From NCBI GenBank assembly GCA_040437565.1, contig JBDOQK010000016.1, positions 496,001-560,000 of the forward strand: a stretch of 64,000 nucleotides of DNA. Direction: 5' to 3'. The notes under the pieces were generated by a model. It was not told where the DNA came from and did no database searches. It saw nothing but the letters and a program-made list of their open reading frames with translations. The position numbers and the translations under genes are program-made. This document shows, one piece after another, positions 1-13,885 of the stretch. This DNA comes from Albugo candida. Its lineage: Eukaryota. The first letter of the stretch is position 1. Every line of letters starts with the position of its first letter.

Positions 1-1691
1 TGGCCGAAATCAGGAAACTCAACGCAAGATCATGCAATATCCAAGTTAATCGTGCGATTCAGAATTTTCTATACGAGATGATTCAAGATGAACATGAACA
101 AGCAGCCATCAAGTCACTGCAAATAATGATAGAGCTTTATCGGAAACAAATTTGGCACGATACGAAAACTGTAAACGTGATAGTGACGGCTTGTACAAGT
201 AAGAATACTAAACTCGCAGTGATGGGTATAAAGTTTTTTCTTGGAATGGAATGTGTTGATGAAGAGGAAGTCAAAGCTGATCGAACTGGAGACTCTACTG
301 TGAAAGTTGATTATCATTCTCACTCAAAGAAAACAAAAAAACGACTTCGTGAAACAAGAAATGCAATCTCAAAAATTCGACGTGCACGTAAAGGTGAAGC
401 GGGATCCAAGAACAACGTTTTATTCCCCGCAATAGAATTACTAAACGACCCACAAGGCATTATCGAAAAGCAGTTTCGCATGCTGAAAAATTCTATTCAC
501 CGATTTGAAGTACGATTATTGATGATGAACTTTATCAGCCGAATCATTGGGCATTATAAGCTTATCATGATTCCATTTTATTCACTTGTGCAGCGCTATC
601 TACAATCTCATCAGCAAAATGTGACCAGTATATTGGCCTACCTTGTGCAAGCTTGTCACGATGACATTCCTCCAGATGAATTATTACAAGTTGTCAAAAG
701 TATCGCGACAAATTTCATAACAGAAAGATGCTCCTCTGAGGTGATTGCAGTAGGAATGAATGCCTTACGTGAGATTTTCCGAAGAGTACCCCTTCTGCTA
801 GAGTGTGAGGACATGGAGGTTTTCACATCTGACCTCATCATGTACAGCAAAGCAACGGATAAAGGAGTTGTCATGGCATCCCGTGGTGTCCTCAATTTGA
901 TCCGAGAGTGTCATCCGACTTTATTGCGACGGAAAGATCGCGGCAAGCACCATGATGGAGCGGCAAGACCCAGACCGTTTGGTGCGTCAACCGCGGTTGA
1001 GGGTGTTGATGGTGCTGATTTGTTGGCTGCCGCGGAAGCATCCGGTCGCTTTTCAAATGTTGAACTTTCTCTGGAAAACAAGTCTGGAAAGAATGAATTG
1101 GAATCAGATGATGAGAGCTGGGTAGATCTTGAAAGTGGAGATGAAGCAGATCACGCATGTAAAAGCAATGAGAGCCAGAGAAACGAAGAAGAACGCCTTG
1201 AAGGTACATCGACAGCTTCAGAAATGATATCCAGCATCACTAAAGTGGATCAGAAGGACCGTATTGATGCTCGTCGTATATTAACCGCCCTAGACTTCGA
1301 AAGGATTGAAATTCTGAAAAAAGAACGCGCGGAAACTTCTCGAGACCCCAAGAATCGCTCGAAAACACGCCAACAAACGAACGAGAATGAACATGCGTTA
1401 GGCTCAAATGCCGTGACTCCGAATGATCTCGAAGGTTATACGAAAAAGCGACGTTTGACTCAAGAAGAAAGACTTCGAAGTATACTTAAAGGTCGTGAAG
1501 ATTTTCAGCACAAACGGTCCAGCGGCGGAACTACTAACACTGAAAAGAAACGACTTAAGCATTTCATGATGATCAAGAAAAGTAGAAGGGTACAATCCAA
1601 AGTGCTGAAATCCGCACGAGAAATTCAACACACGAAAAATCGACTGGTAAAGAAGCAGATAACAAAACTCAAGAAAAGAAGGAAAATATAA
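1..1691 (+). CDS. SDA1: SDA1 ribosome biogenesis / 60S export protein (5' end outside window)
   Basis: Reading frame is open from the window start. SDA1-like motifs IELYRKQIWHD, AIELLNDPQG, LVQACHDDIPPD, VGMNALREI and LLRRKDRGK, then an acidic stretch and a basic tail with TTNTEKKRLKHFMM. Confidence 0.9.
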   Translation, partial: AEIRKLNARSCNIQVNRAIQNFLYEMIQDEHEQAAIKSLQIMIELYRKQIWHDTKTVNVIVTACTSKNTKLAVMGIKFFLGMECVDEEEVKADRTGDSTVKVDYHSHSKKTKKRLRETRNAISKIRRARKGEAGSKNNVLFPAIELLNDPQGIIEKQFRMLKNSIHRFEVRLLMMNFISRIIGHYKLIMIPFYSLVQRYLQSHQQNVTSILAYLVQACHDDIPPDELLQVVKSIATNFITERCSSEVIAVGMNALREIFRRVPLLLECEDMEVFTSDLIMYSKATDKGVVMASRGVLNLIRECHPTLLRRKDRGKHHDGAARPRPFGASTAVEGVDGADLLAAAEASGRFSNVELSLENKSGKNELESDDESWVDLESGDEADHACKSNESQRNEEERLEGTSTASEMISSITKVDQKDRIDARRILTALDFERIEILKKERAETSRDPKNRSKTRQQTNENEHALGSNAVTPNDLEGYTKKRRLTQEERLRSILKGREDFQHKRSSGGTTNTEKKRLKHFMMIKKSRRVQSKVLKSAREIQHTKNRLVKKQITKLKKRRKI

Positions 1692-2146
1692 ACTGATTCA
1701 AACAGACCTTTTGATGCCACGTGAAATCGCGATCAAAGAGCTTCTGACGTCTCGCAAATCATTCGGATCGTCTGGGCATGAACTAGTATCGGCAGATGGA
1801 GCGTTTCCTGCTTGTCTAATGCACTTATATGGCAATCAATACAAGTGTTTTTCTCAAAAGTCGGATAATCCACTCCTTTCGGATGCTACTTCGGAGTAAA
1901 AAGAGTGGATAATTTAAGCATTGCTACTACATCTTGGAGACTAGGGTGCGAGTCATAGCGGTATGTTCTTTACATTTGAAGCATTAGATATCTTCACTCT
2001 ATTCTACATTTCCCAATACAATCATTCTTATGACGCGTTGCTTGAATGTGTAAGATACACGTCCACCTAACTTATATGAAACGACATTGACCTACTGGGC
2101 GAACTTTCTTCTCAATATATAACCAGTTGATAATCCAAACAAAAAT

Positions 2147-3878
2147 ATGAAGCAAAATGCAAATCATCGTGCGGTAGTAGGCGGTGTCTCGCCTACTGCT
2201 GGTTCATACAAAGTCAAAAGATACGATTCATATGGCTCTTCGATGAAATCCATTCCAATTGATTGTATTAAACTTGCAACGACTTTGCAAAAACAGCACC
2301 ATACCCCTCACATGAATCATAGCTTCATCAAATCACTATCTTCGTGTTCTGCATCTCCGTCTCCATCGCCTTCTCCGTCTCCGTCTACCTCTACCTCCTT
2401 ACTCCATTCATACTTTGCTACGCAAGCTAAAGGTATCGAGCACAAGCATGACATACTGAATGATGACATGGCTGCGTTCAATGAAGAAGATGACAACGAC
2501 TTGTCCTTTCACAAATCAATCTTCGAGTTTTCTTGCTCCTCAATCACAACAACTCCATCGTCGACAAAGCTTTCATATTGGCAAACATGTTTTCATCTGA
2601 TATCGTTCATGATCGGCTCGGGTTTGCTGTGTCTTCCACTTGCGCTTGTGGAAATTGAATGGACCGGGCTATTACTATTGGTTCTGGCTGGTCTTGTAAA
2701 TATGTACACATCCAAGCTATTAATTCAAGCGCTTGACGTAGTACGTTGGTCAAGTGGAAAGAATGTTTTCTTCAGCGACTTGGGCCGAGAATGCTTTGGC
2801 CAGATTGGTGCTATTTTAACAGCATCACTTGTTTACGTATCGCTGATAATCAATTGTTCAGGTAATAAATTTCGCTTTGCCTGCTGATCTTTTAAAAAAA
2901 TCCATTCAACTTTTTTTCGTAGGATATCTCGGCTTAGCGGCGAGCTTCATCGTGGGTATAACGGATTTTGAACATTACACAGTGCTTTTGATGCTGAGCA
3001 TTTGCGTCTGGACACATGCTTTTGCAAAGTCACTGAAATCACTTGCAGTGTTTTCGGCCTTGAATGTGGCTCTGTGTCTTTGGATGGAAGCTGTCATCGT
3101 TGGAGATGCCATGTATCCGTTGAAGCAGCTTGCATTGGAGCAGTCAGCTTTCGTCTATGAGACTCCTGATCTCTCAAACGCTCCTATATATCTCAAACTA
3201 GCGTATAGCTTCTCATTGCTAGCCAGTGGTTTCGTCAGCCACATCATCGTCCCAAGCTTTTATAACAACATGGAAGATACTAGAAAATGTACCTCAGCCG
3301 TTACCAAATCTCAGGTTGGAGTATTGATGCTGATGTATTTACCAATTTGTGGTATCTCTTATGCGGTATATGGACCAAACATGGAAGCACCAGTGGTTTT
3401 CAATATGCGGAACACATTTGTTCGAAACTTGACAATCATCTTGTACAGCACGCACTTGCTATTGTCTTATAGCATAACGCTTTTCCCGGTCCAAGGAGCC
3501 TTTGAAGCCTATCTAGTGCAGCGGGAGGAAAAATTCGTCAAATACCACGAGAATCATGAACAAAGCACCTCATCTTTTCCAGGAGGGCTTGACAGCATGT
3601 CAGATCCATCTCAACACCTCACTTTCCGAAAGAAGCTTGCTTGCCGCTCCGTTTTGATCGTGATGACAATGTTGTTTAGCAATTGGTTTTTGCCCAGCAC
3701 ATTGGACGTCTTTGCATTTATGCTGATTCCATCCATGCTTTTATCATTGGTTTTACCATGTCTCTTTTACTGGAAGCTGTGTCAGGAGGAGGCTGGATGT
3801 CTTGATGTCATAGCAATCATATTCGTGCTTACACTTGCCGTATTAACCACAACTTGCACGCTAAATATCATCATCTAG
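2147..3878 (+). CDS. Amino acid/auxin permease (Aa_trans/AAAP) family transporter, 2 exons
   Basis: MIGSGLLCLPLAL motif and multiple TM helices. A GT-AG intron at ~2862-2922 joins ORFs 2147..2887 and 2877..3878 in frame. The N-terminal tail has SP repeats. Confidence 0.85.
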
Positions 3879-4686
3879 AGAGCTATTCCAATATTATTTT
3901 TGCTGATCCAAGATTCTGTACACAAATGATTCGATTATGCACTCGCATATCGCGGCTGAGACGACGATAGTACAAACTCTACACAATCGTGTGTCACGCA
4001 TTTTATTGCAAAGGCTAGTGACAATACCAGAAAGTAGAAAGGATGATACATAATAGTTACAAGTCAGAATTGGATGTTGTTCGTACAAGTAAAATCACGG
4101 GGCGTATTTGTTGGATTCTTCTAAATTCTTACATTAGCGATGTTGGTTCAGCACTCTCACGATGCACATTTGACTGATTTTGAAGTCATCTAGACGCATT
4201 GTATGTCGACATAGGACATTGTGAGATAAAACGCATAGCATCATCATCGCCTTTTTGACGAACATTGATATCTATGCAGCCTTGAGAAGGCAGAGAGTTG
4301 CGGAATTGCAACCTTTCCCTTTTGCTACTATTTGTGTTTTTTGCCGTAGACCGGACGGGCCACAGCAAGACCGCTACAATGAGAAGCGACATTGAATATA
4401 AATTAGGATTGATGTTTTGATGTCAATGTCCTTAGTGTGCTTAAAACGTTCTTAGGTTGCAGGTATACAAATAAAAGAATGGATTGCGTCAAAGGCATTG
4501 TATGATCGTAGTTTTGCATGTGTGACCCCATTCCGCTGCGTTTGTTATGAATCATAATCAAGAACCATCAACTCCAACATGATTCATGCGCCTGTGAAAG
4601 AAGCAAAATGTAGATTATCGTATACATGCAGCAAAGAAAACCATTATCTCGCTGATAGATTAAGAATAAAGCCCTCCTCTCTCATC

Positions 4687-5378
4687 CTAGAGCATCGGAT
4701 AAAGTTCATTGTTTGCACTTCGAGCAGTTCTGAGCCTTGCTCGCCTCCTATACAAGCGAGCTTTTGTTCCAATGTATATCCCAGCAAGCACCAGTATAGT
4801 CACTCCGAAGTGAACGGCCGTCAGAATGAAAGTGACGCACGTCCCGAAGAAGGAAGAATCAAGTGTTTTGTGGATATCAGTATCAGCTACCGACAATGTT
4901 GAAGGCGAAAGATGAATTTGTGTTGTATTAAGACAGCCTTGATACTCGTCCGCTGTAGTCCACCACTGCATGGAGCAAAGCAGAGATGCACGACATAAGG
5001 CATTAGTACACGGTGGTTGCCGATGCGATTGAGCCTTCGTATTCCAATAGTACTGCTCAAGAATATTGNNNNNNNNNNNNNNNNNNNNNNNNNNNNNNNN
5101 NNNNNNNNNNNNNNNNNNNNNNNNNNNNNNNNNNNNNNNNNNNNNNNNNNNNNNNNNNNNNNNNNNNNAGCATCTGTGCCATAAGTTGATACAAATTGCA
5201 AAGAGTCATACAAGTTTGTGGAGATATTCAGATGGACATCTGAAAGATGCAAAATACGCTTTGTAGAAGTAGCGAGCCGCAAGTTCCCATTTACTTTTAT
5301 CGATTGGTGATGGATCGCGTACGATTGCAAGGCTACAGACGCGCTGAAAATGATTAAAATACTGAGAATTTTCCCCAT
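4687..5378 (-). CDS. Acid sphingomyelinase-like (SMPDL3-type) metallophosphoesterase, middle lost in gap 5069-5168
   Basis: Signal peptide followed by ILHLSDVHLN...YGTDA. After the gap it reads EQYYWNTKAQSHRQPPCTNALCRASLLC (Cys-rich ASM-like C-terminus) and then a C-terminal TM helix. Confidence 0.7.
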
Positions 5379-5849
5379 GGTGACTTATAAGAGTAAAGAC
5401 GTTCACAATTTTTGGTTCGCAATCGCTCAGTGTTCAATACCATTTTATTTATGGACAACAGTTTTAAAAATAGGTAGCGAAGTTGCCTTTACATTTTTGA
5501 CACCATCCGCGGCTGCTTTTCTGCAAAAACGCGTGAAGGATGGTAGCTATATGATTGCCGGTTTAGATTATAGATGTGTATGGTGACCGAGAAGGCGCAT
5601 GAAGCTTATCAACTTGGATGATCACTGATAGAGCAAACCGAAAAGATGTAAAAGTGAACGAGTAGAGTGAAGGTTTATCGATAGAAGTTGTGGGACGGAG
5701 AGACTGCATGCAGATGAGCACTGACAACTTCGCAATTAAATCAGCTCATACAACAAAATACTGTGTAGCCATGAATTTCCTGCTTCTCTGCACGCAGGTT
5801 ATGTGATCGAGTACGGTCGAGTTGTCTACCACGACTAAAAGCGGCATTA

Positions 5850-6173
5850 TTGATTAAGAATGACCTGGATGATTTGCTTTTTTTGGATCCGAAACAACCA
5901 ATATCCCACGCTACAACTGGTTGTAGCGGATACTCGCCATCAATCTCAGATTCACCTGATCGTCTTTATTGGTTCCAAGTGTACACAGTTTGGTACTGGG
6001 GAGTATTTTTAGCACTGATGCTGGAACCGGAGCCATTTGAAAATTTCAGCCCAGATTACGATACAATGGGAGCTATTTAAAATGCCTATCTTAGCAGTCA
6101 ACTTGCCAACTCTATCGAAAGGAGAGGAAGTTACTACCTAGCAAGTTCTGCAGCAAGCAGTGATGGAGCTTAA
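5850..6173 (+). pseudogene. Decayed copy of the 3' end of an unknown membrane-protein gene
   Basis: Reads VWYWGVFLALMLEPEPFENFSPDYDTMGAI-stop. The inverted copy at ~15467-15624 has CAA (Q) at this codon and continues NAYVSSQLANTIERRGSFYPASSPASSDGA*. Confidence 0.45.
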
Positions 6174-8715
6174 GCGACTTCTAGTCTAATGGCTTCTTCG
6201 ATGCGGGCGGTGTTATGAGTAAGTCAATTGAGCATCATATCTGTATCCCGAGGGATAAGACCCTATCATATTGCTCAAGGTTCTTGATCGACAAGATGCA
6301 ATCGTATGAAACGTGCAGTACGTGCGCAGTTTTAAGTGGCTGACCTGCATCATGAAAATCAGAAAATTAAGTCAGCCTAGATCAGACCATTTTCTGCTCA
6401 ATAGATGACAATGGGGAGTCGCAACAGTTGAGCTCGACTCCAAGTGACACGCTGTACACTGTATTTGGTGACTACAGAAAACCCTACTCATGCATCATTC
6501 CATCATTGATGAACCTATGCGTCAGATTAGATGTTCTTTTAGCCTCTTGCTAACATGAATAATAATCGAAGTAACCTTTAAACACCATCTACGATATACT
6601 ATTCTCATAATCCGCTTGTTCGATCCGTATCTGTCCTTGAATGGGTTCACTAAGCATTCAAAGTCATCAAGAGATCATGTTGATATTGGAAAGGACGATC
6701 TGATTGTCGATGAATGGGTGATTAAAAGGCACATATTAGCCATTACCGACCATTCTAGCTCCTAATGCATCATTATCAATTTTACGCAATCAAATTACAC
6801 ATTTTTGTAGCATGTTTGACCACATGACTCATATCAGTTTTGATCCAGACAATACCTTCCTGACGAGCAAAAGGCGTATTTATAGTAAATAGTGTATCGA
6901 ATATATTCTGTATGGCACGCACGGCCCATAGTACAAGGTTACAAGCCTCCTATATGTTGGCTTCTCTCTCAGCGCAACAAACCATCTCGGCTATATCATG
7001 TTATCAAGTTTAAGACCGTCGAACTTTTATATGTTTGGCTAACTGTATACAAGGATAGAGTACTTGGTTGCTGCGTAGTAGTAAGCTGCGACTATGTCAT
7101 GCAGTACCTTACGGTAATACAGAATGGCTCGCACTATGTAACTGAGGAGTTGGAGAAAATGAATATACTCGATCTGAAAATGTAAAGTGAATAGCTCAAT
7201 CGAGTAAACTCATCTCATCTTCGCAATAAGTCTGTCGCTACTAGCATTGCTGCGCATATGTCGTAGTCCTCGTCATGGTTCCTTACTTGCCTATATCAGA
7301 ACGAATGTAGCTGTTTCAGAATTGATATTCACTCGTATAGCAACGTCAGTTACAATGCATCGAAAGGCTAAGCTCTGTATATATGATATGAGCAGATTAC
7401 CAAGACACATCAGTCTCAGCATCATTTCCGTATTACATACTAAAGCTAATGTAGCCTTTCTATGATGGTGGATTTGGTTGAATGAGTCTAAACCTCTGAA
7501 CCATTTGATATGCTCGGTGAGAACAGAAACAAGCAGCAAACTCAAATCCGAGTGAGGCATTGCATTTTTCTGCGGAAATTCCACCACTTTCCACTACATT
7601 CTTCTAAAAAATACAACATTCTGACTGCACCCTGCAATCGCGAGACTGTGAGAATAGTCAAGAGCAACGAGAATCGCTTGTTCGTGTGCCAAGACGATAT
7701 CTGTATCCCAGCTAGCATAATACAATCACAAGTAAGTCAAATATACGATCGAGTTACTATTCACGAATGGGTACTCATTTGTGATATACAAAAACAAAGT
7801 CTCCTCATGATGGAAGTTTTCGACTTACGTCCATTTGCAGGTTACTCATCTGACCTCTTGACGATTGAAGAAAGAATCGAAAAAACTCTAAAGTCGGCAG
7901 AGAACGAAGACATACCACCAATCTACAAGTGTCGTTCTGTAGAACACAGCGGTGACAACTTTGAATTACATTCTCCGGATATGAACTCATTGATAAAGAG
8001 AAGGAGAAGAAACACTCCTTACTATTGTGTATTTGGAAGAGCTACGTGTGTCAGCTCTATTTCCATCCAGCAAGATGCAACATGCACGCATTATTTCATT
8101 AAGGTCGAGCATCACGATACAGAACGTGGAGAGCAAACTTTGGTCAATGTTATGATGATCGGTTCTTTGAGCACACATTTGCACATATGTATGACACCGG
8201 GCAGGTTCATTTTTCTATCCGAAGCTGTCAAAGTGTATTCGCAAGAATGTAAAACNNNNNNNNNNNNNNNNNNNNNNNNNNNNNNNNNNNNNNNNNNNNN
8301 NNNNNNNNNNNNNNNNNNNNNNNNNNNNNNNNNNNNNNNNNNNNNNNNNNNNNNNAACGTGGAGAGCAAACTTTGGTCAATGTTATGATGATCGGTTCTT
8401 TGAGCACACATTTGCACATATGTATGACACCGGGCAGGTTCATTTTTCTATCCGAAGCTGTCAAAGTGTATTCGCAAGAATGTAAAACATTTCTTATGCA
8501 AAGTAAAAATCAAGTATCAGATTGGAGCAAAAGACAAAACCGCATTCTCCTTGGGATCAGCCATCACAAATTTTGACCAATTTCTTACCGTGGAAGATCC
8601 AAGTCACAACAAAGAATGTGCTCACAGGACGAATCTTGCAAGTCATGGGAGACAGGCTCTTTGCTTATGTATGAAGGGCAAGTCACTGATCTTCGTTGGG
8701 AAAAGTGTGTTGGCA
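6012..8715 (+). repeat. Left arm of a diverged inverted segmental duplication of ~13070-15624
   Basis: Continuous reverse-complement similarity, e.g. 6540-6715 vs 14880-15050 and 8356-8715 vs 13070-13429. The right arm has an extra ~300 bp at ~13900-14230. Confidence 0.9.
7510..8715 (+). pseudogene. Truncated, frameshifted 5' copy of the CTC1-like gene
   Basis: Matches the N-terminus of the 10092-13885 gene. Small indels near 8550 and 8630 break the frame, and homology stops at ~8715. 8123-8255 is repeated after the gap as an assembly overlap. Confidence 0.75.
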
Positions 8716-10091
8716 GGTGAGCGAAGATGCGTTGTTCCAGGAAAATTGCCAAAACTGAGGTTTTATTTAAGACACTGTTAAGTTCTTTCAACAAAAGACA
8801 CTTTTAATTGTACTATTTCTCGTGACGATATGGTGAGATAGTCATTGATTTGGGTGGATTAGCTGTCCAATGCGTCATCTTTTCACAAAGCTACGCTCGT
8901 TGTAAGGGCAGCCCTCACCATACACGAAATTTGCAGCCTATCATCCATTTAAGAAAGGTGTCGAAATGTTCTTTTCTTTTCTGATCACATCGACGCATCT
9001 CTAACGAAGTCATGATCTGCATGGCAAGCCCGTTCTTGAACAAGACAGCACGATAATTGTCTACTATTTGCTGGTTGATGGGCTCGGTTGCTATCGCAGG
9101 TCCATAGGTGATATTTTTCTATGGATATCGGGAGGACTCAATAATTATCAGGGCACTATCTTACTTTTGAAGAGTTGAAGGTCGGGCAACACCCAAGACG
9201 TCGGTCGGTGCTGAAGATAAGACTTATGGCTGGTGAACGAGGACCTCACTGGTCGAGCAATGATATAACTATCGGTAAGTTCTTCAAGTTCACGTTCCAT
9301 TTCAATCGGATACATGACAGAACTTTTGTAAATAATCGATTGTTGACTCCATCAGAAACGCTCGTGGAGGTGTAGCTTCGTGTAGCTTCACTGAAGAACC
9401 TTGTCTAGAGTGACCAGGAGATAGTGAAGCTCAGTTATCATTGCATGATGGATGAAGTCCCTGGTTCGATTGACTTTAGGCTCGTTGCAATTTACGGAGT
9501 CGCAATCAAGGTGAATTGCATATAAATTCTGAATTCTATGTAATGCTCTAGATCAGATAGAATTTCGTAGAAGAGCGAAGCAGAGTCGCGATACTTCCAC
9601 AGAAACGTCAGTAGATGTGCATAAAACACTGATATAATTATTTGTCTGGAAACGTAACAGTCAGCTTCGTGGCCCTACTTGCTCACAAAAGCGTTCATAT
9701 AGTGTTCACGCCTAGCCTTACAGCAGACATGACTCACGGGTAGGAAACGTTCTTCATATAGCTATCATTGGACGGTGCTTTGTTGTAGTAATTATTTCAA
9801 GTACACATTTTCTGCTGTGTCGTTGAATGCCATACTCTAATAAAGAAACCTTGACCGGATAATTGTGACAAGCCGACAGGCTTTTGCTCTACTCGATTCG
9901 GCATAATTGATAGGCAGCCTTGTACCATGATCGTTAATTGCGATTCAAGTCATCACTGAGGAAGCGTTGTGCAGCCGAACGAGGTCAGCCACTTCTCATA
10001 AGCATATGAACAAACTTTCAGCAATTCATGGAAGACCATGAAGACACAATTTGAACCATAAGAGCACTTGTCACAGTCTTCCATAGATGGC

Positions 10092-13000
10092 TCACATGGA
10101 GCCATCGAACTCTTCCGATGTCGCAACAAGTCGGCGAATCTCCTCCTTCAGCTGTAAAGTGTCCACTCGTTTTGCTTCAACGCGAATAACAGGACGCGTC
10201 GTAGTCGTGACTCTGAAATCTCCATAAGATACGCTTGATGTGCAGCTAAGATCATCGTAGTAGTTCGGATCCACTTTTCGCTGTTGTTTCTTAGAGTAGA
10301 AGCGCTGTCCGATGATGATCAGTGGTGTGCGATGGTGGTTCACGCACAGCTGGATAACGTTGCTCAGCTGTTTCTCGTAGTATCCTGAACGAAATCCTCC
10401 ACATAGATCTTGGCTATTAGACTGTAAAGAAAGCTGGTGCGATGGTGCTATGTCGGGCTGAACGCAGGCTGAGAAAAAGTAGCCGAGGTTGGACATCTTA
10501 TGAGTCATAATATTCTCAAAATATTTTCTCTGCGTCTCGCTTGCACGTAACAAGTTCCAGGCAGTGCGATTTTCTGCGAACACTTCTACTTGTGCACTTC
10601 CGTCATCAATTAGACCTCGTACGCAAGTATGAAGATACGTAATGTCACGAATAATTCTTTCTCGAATAATTTGGTCATGTTCTCGAAAAGGGTACAAATT
10701 TTGCAACTCGCATGACTTTCGAGGATTTTGTTGATGCTGCCAATCATAATTATCAACTTTCTCGAGCAACAATTCGGCGTGGCAAGATCGACACCTTCGT
10801 TTAAGTACAAAATAGTTGATGTGAACTACACGTGCCACCCATCGATGCCATGATCGATCGATTAGGTGACTATGGCGATATAACTGGAGGAGATGCGATG
10901 TCTTCATTTTTACTTCGCTTGTAGGAAAAACCTTTTGGCTTTGTCCAAGCTGCTGTATGCTCGAGTGTTGTCCCCAATTTAAATGTACTTTGTAGCTTGA
11001 GCGCGCTATATAAGTATCGAGGTTCATGAAAATCACGTTCAATCCCATGCGGAAGGCACCGTGGAAGCCAAATTTCGTCAGATTGATGTGCACCTCAACT
11101 GTTTCTGGAGAATCAAAATCTTGCAAATCGCATGTGAGCATGACTTCGGTAGTATCGGTAGTCATCACCGGCCTTGAATTCAAGCGCTTCGACACTCGAA
11201 TCGACTTGATCTGTCCTACCACAGATCGTAAATGCGTTTGATGCAAGGCGGGTTCGAGGAGGATCAAATCTTTCCCTTCCTGCTCACTGGATTGCTTTCT
11301 TCTGAATTGCGAAAGATCGCGTGGACTTCCAACTGATAAAGAATCAAGGAACATCGCGGGCAAAATATGCAAAAGGAAGTAAATGCGACCGGTCATATGC
11401 TTACATTTTTTCCATTTGCAGGGAGTACTAGAAAGATTTTGAAGCCACTTTGAAATTCCGAGTTTAGCCAACTTTTTCGAGCTGAGTAAATTGTATTGTT
11501 GTAATTCACAATCTGATACAAAGAGATTCGTGGTTGAGTCAGAGTGAGCGTAGAGGGTATCATACTTTTGCTCACAAGGAGCATCGAATTGTCCGATGAA
11601 CGACGACAAGAATGCCACTGATTCTTTGGCAAGCCTTTCTTCATGATATCCGAATTCTTCTACCATAACTTTATGAAAGCGACGGATTGAATCGATCAGT
11701 CTTGTGTCAGATGGCTGTAATGAAGCAACATGCATCCGCTCATGACCAATTGCTGTAAGGTCGGAAGTTGCATCAACTTGTTTTCGTAACTTTGTAATCT
11801 TATAGTTTTCGCCTGTTTTAATGAGCCAAGGCACGCATAATGCAGGCATCAAGACTTGCGTGAAGCGCAGGGTATTGGTGTTTTCGCTTGAATGCGTTAT
11901 CAGTCCTCGTACAAGTTGGTAATCACATATTCCACGTGAGCACAATGATCGTGTTGTCGTAATTGGATAAAAGCTCGTGACAAACATTAGCACGTCAGAC
12001 TCTCTGTCTGCTAGTGCATTCGAGCTAGTTTGATGTTGTTCCGCTACCGAGACATTTACAGGGACCATATCTTTCAAAGCAGTCAATAACGAGTATGCCC
12101 ATGACATTTCTTTCAAGAGCGGCTTTGTAAAACCGACGTAGTGACATGCGCGTACTCGAACATTTTTGATGATATAAACTTCGTCAGTGGGTTTGCAAGA
12201 CTGGGATAGCTTGGCCCAAGCTAATTGCTCTTCTTCCGGAGTGTCTATTGCTCCTGACAATGTGACTGCGATCTTACTTGTTCGGTCGCTGAGTATTAGA
12301 TCACCGTTACTTATTGTGCCACTTAATCTGCCGACAATGAAGCAGTTTTTTATATGTGTATCGAAGCTACCATGTTGTGATATCTGATCCACGTTATCAG
12401 CCATGATTTCAGAAGCGATAGTAACGAGTTGTGAGATCGTCGTACAACGCTGTCTCACAACGACTCGTATTGCATGTGGGATCCTGATACTAGAGCACTG
12501 CGTAGGCATTCTTTCATGATCAAAATTGAGAAACAAAGTTCCGAGTGTACATGGCCGGAAGTTTTGTTTCAAATGGTTGGATAAGTGAGGTGAAAGAGCT
12601 TGGACTATTCTCATGGTTAGTTGACGTCTTTTTAGCATCGGAAAATGATGCATAGGTCGAAAATGGCCGTATTTGTCCGATCCAAAATTAAACTGCTGCG
12701 AAAGTGAGCAGAATAAGCTTGTTAGCCAGTAAGTTATAAGTAGTGGTTGGTATTGGATAGCGCCGAACTCAGAAGGTAGCGATATAGAAGGCTTCAGTAC
12801 CTCATTTTTTGTGACGCTGATAAAGTCGGTCCCGTCCAGCTCCTCGAACGAAGCGAACTGTGTGACGGTAATATGGCTACGTACACAGACTCCAATGGCC
12901 CAAATCTCTCCTTCGAGCATGCTCTTGTCAATAAAATGAGCATGGTACACTCGAATTCGCGTTCCAATTCTTATTCTAGACAATTCATTGATATTGGGAT

Positions 13001-13885
13001 AATGATATAAAAGTAGCCAAACACAAAAGCGGCTAGAACCGGACGCACTTGTACATGTGCTGTCAAGTTGCAAACACTTTTCCCAACGAAGATCAGTGAC
13101 TTGCCCTTCATACGTAAGCAAAGAGCCTGTCTCCCATGACTTGCAAGATTCGGTTCCTGTGAGCACATTCTTTGTTGTGACTTGGATCTTCCACGGTAAG
13201 AAATTGGTCAAAATTTGTGATGGCTGATCCCAAAGGAGAATGCGGTTTTGTCTTTTGCTCCAATCTGATACTTCATTTTTACTTTGCATAAGAAACGTTT
13301 TACATTCTTGCGAATACACTTTGACAGCTTCGGATAGAAAAATGAACCTGCCCGGTGTCATACATATGTGCAAATGTGTGCTCAAAGAACCGATCATCAT
13401 AACATTGACCAAAGTTTGCTCTCCACGTTNNNNNNNNNNNNNNNNNNNNNNNNNNNNNNNNNNNNNNNNNNNNNNNNNNNNNNNNNNNNNNNNNNNNNNN
13501 NNNNNNNNNNNNNNNNNNNNNNNNNNNNNTCGAAAACTTCCATCATGAGGAGACTTTGTTTTTGTATATCACAAATGAGTACCCATTCGTGAATAATAAC
13601 TCGATCGTATATTTGACTTACTTGTGATTGTATTATGCTAGCTGGGATACAGATATCGTCTTGGCTCACGAACAAGCGATTCTCGTTGCTCTTGACCATT
13701 CTTCCATTAGCGTTTAATGTCTCGCGAGTGCAGAGTTTTGTCAGAATGGTGTATTTGTTAGAATAATAATAGTGAAAAGTGGTGTAATTTCCGCCGAAAG
13801 ATGCGATGCCCCACTCGGATTTGAGTTTGCGACTTGTTTCTGTTGTCACCAAGCATATTAAATGATCCAGAGGGTTTAAAGTCAT
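10092..13885 (-). CDS. CTC1: CTC1-like subunit of the telomere CST complex (multi-OB-fold); start uncertain, interrupted by gap 13430-13529
   Basis: >1200 aa. Contains GVCVRSHITVTQF, LILSDRTSKIAV, a CRSC knuckle and C-terminal LIDDGSAQVEV...AWNLL, which resemble CTC1 OB-fold motifs. Family call is from motif recall, not an HMM search. Confidence 0.6.

Noticed and set aside
2352-2398. TCTCCG-like microsatellite
   Set aside because: Ordinary coding Ser-Pro low-complexity tract.
8123-8488. Direct repeat inside the CTC1 pseudo-copy
   Set aside because: Identical 133-bp overlap across a gap.
8950-9400. Minus-strand exon-intron-like fragment
   Set aside because: No recognisable family and no complete gene model can be supported.
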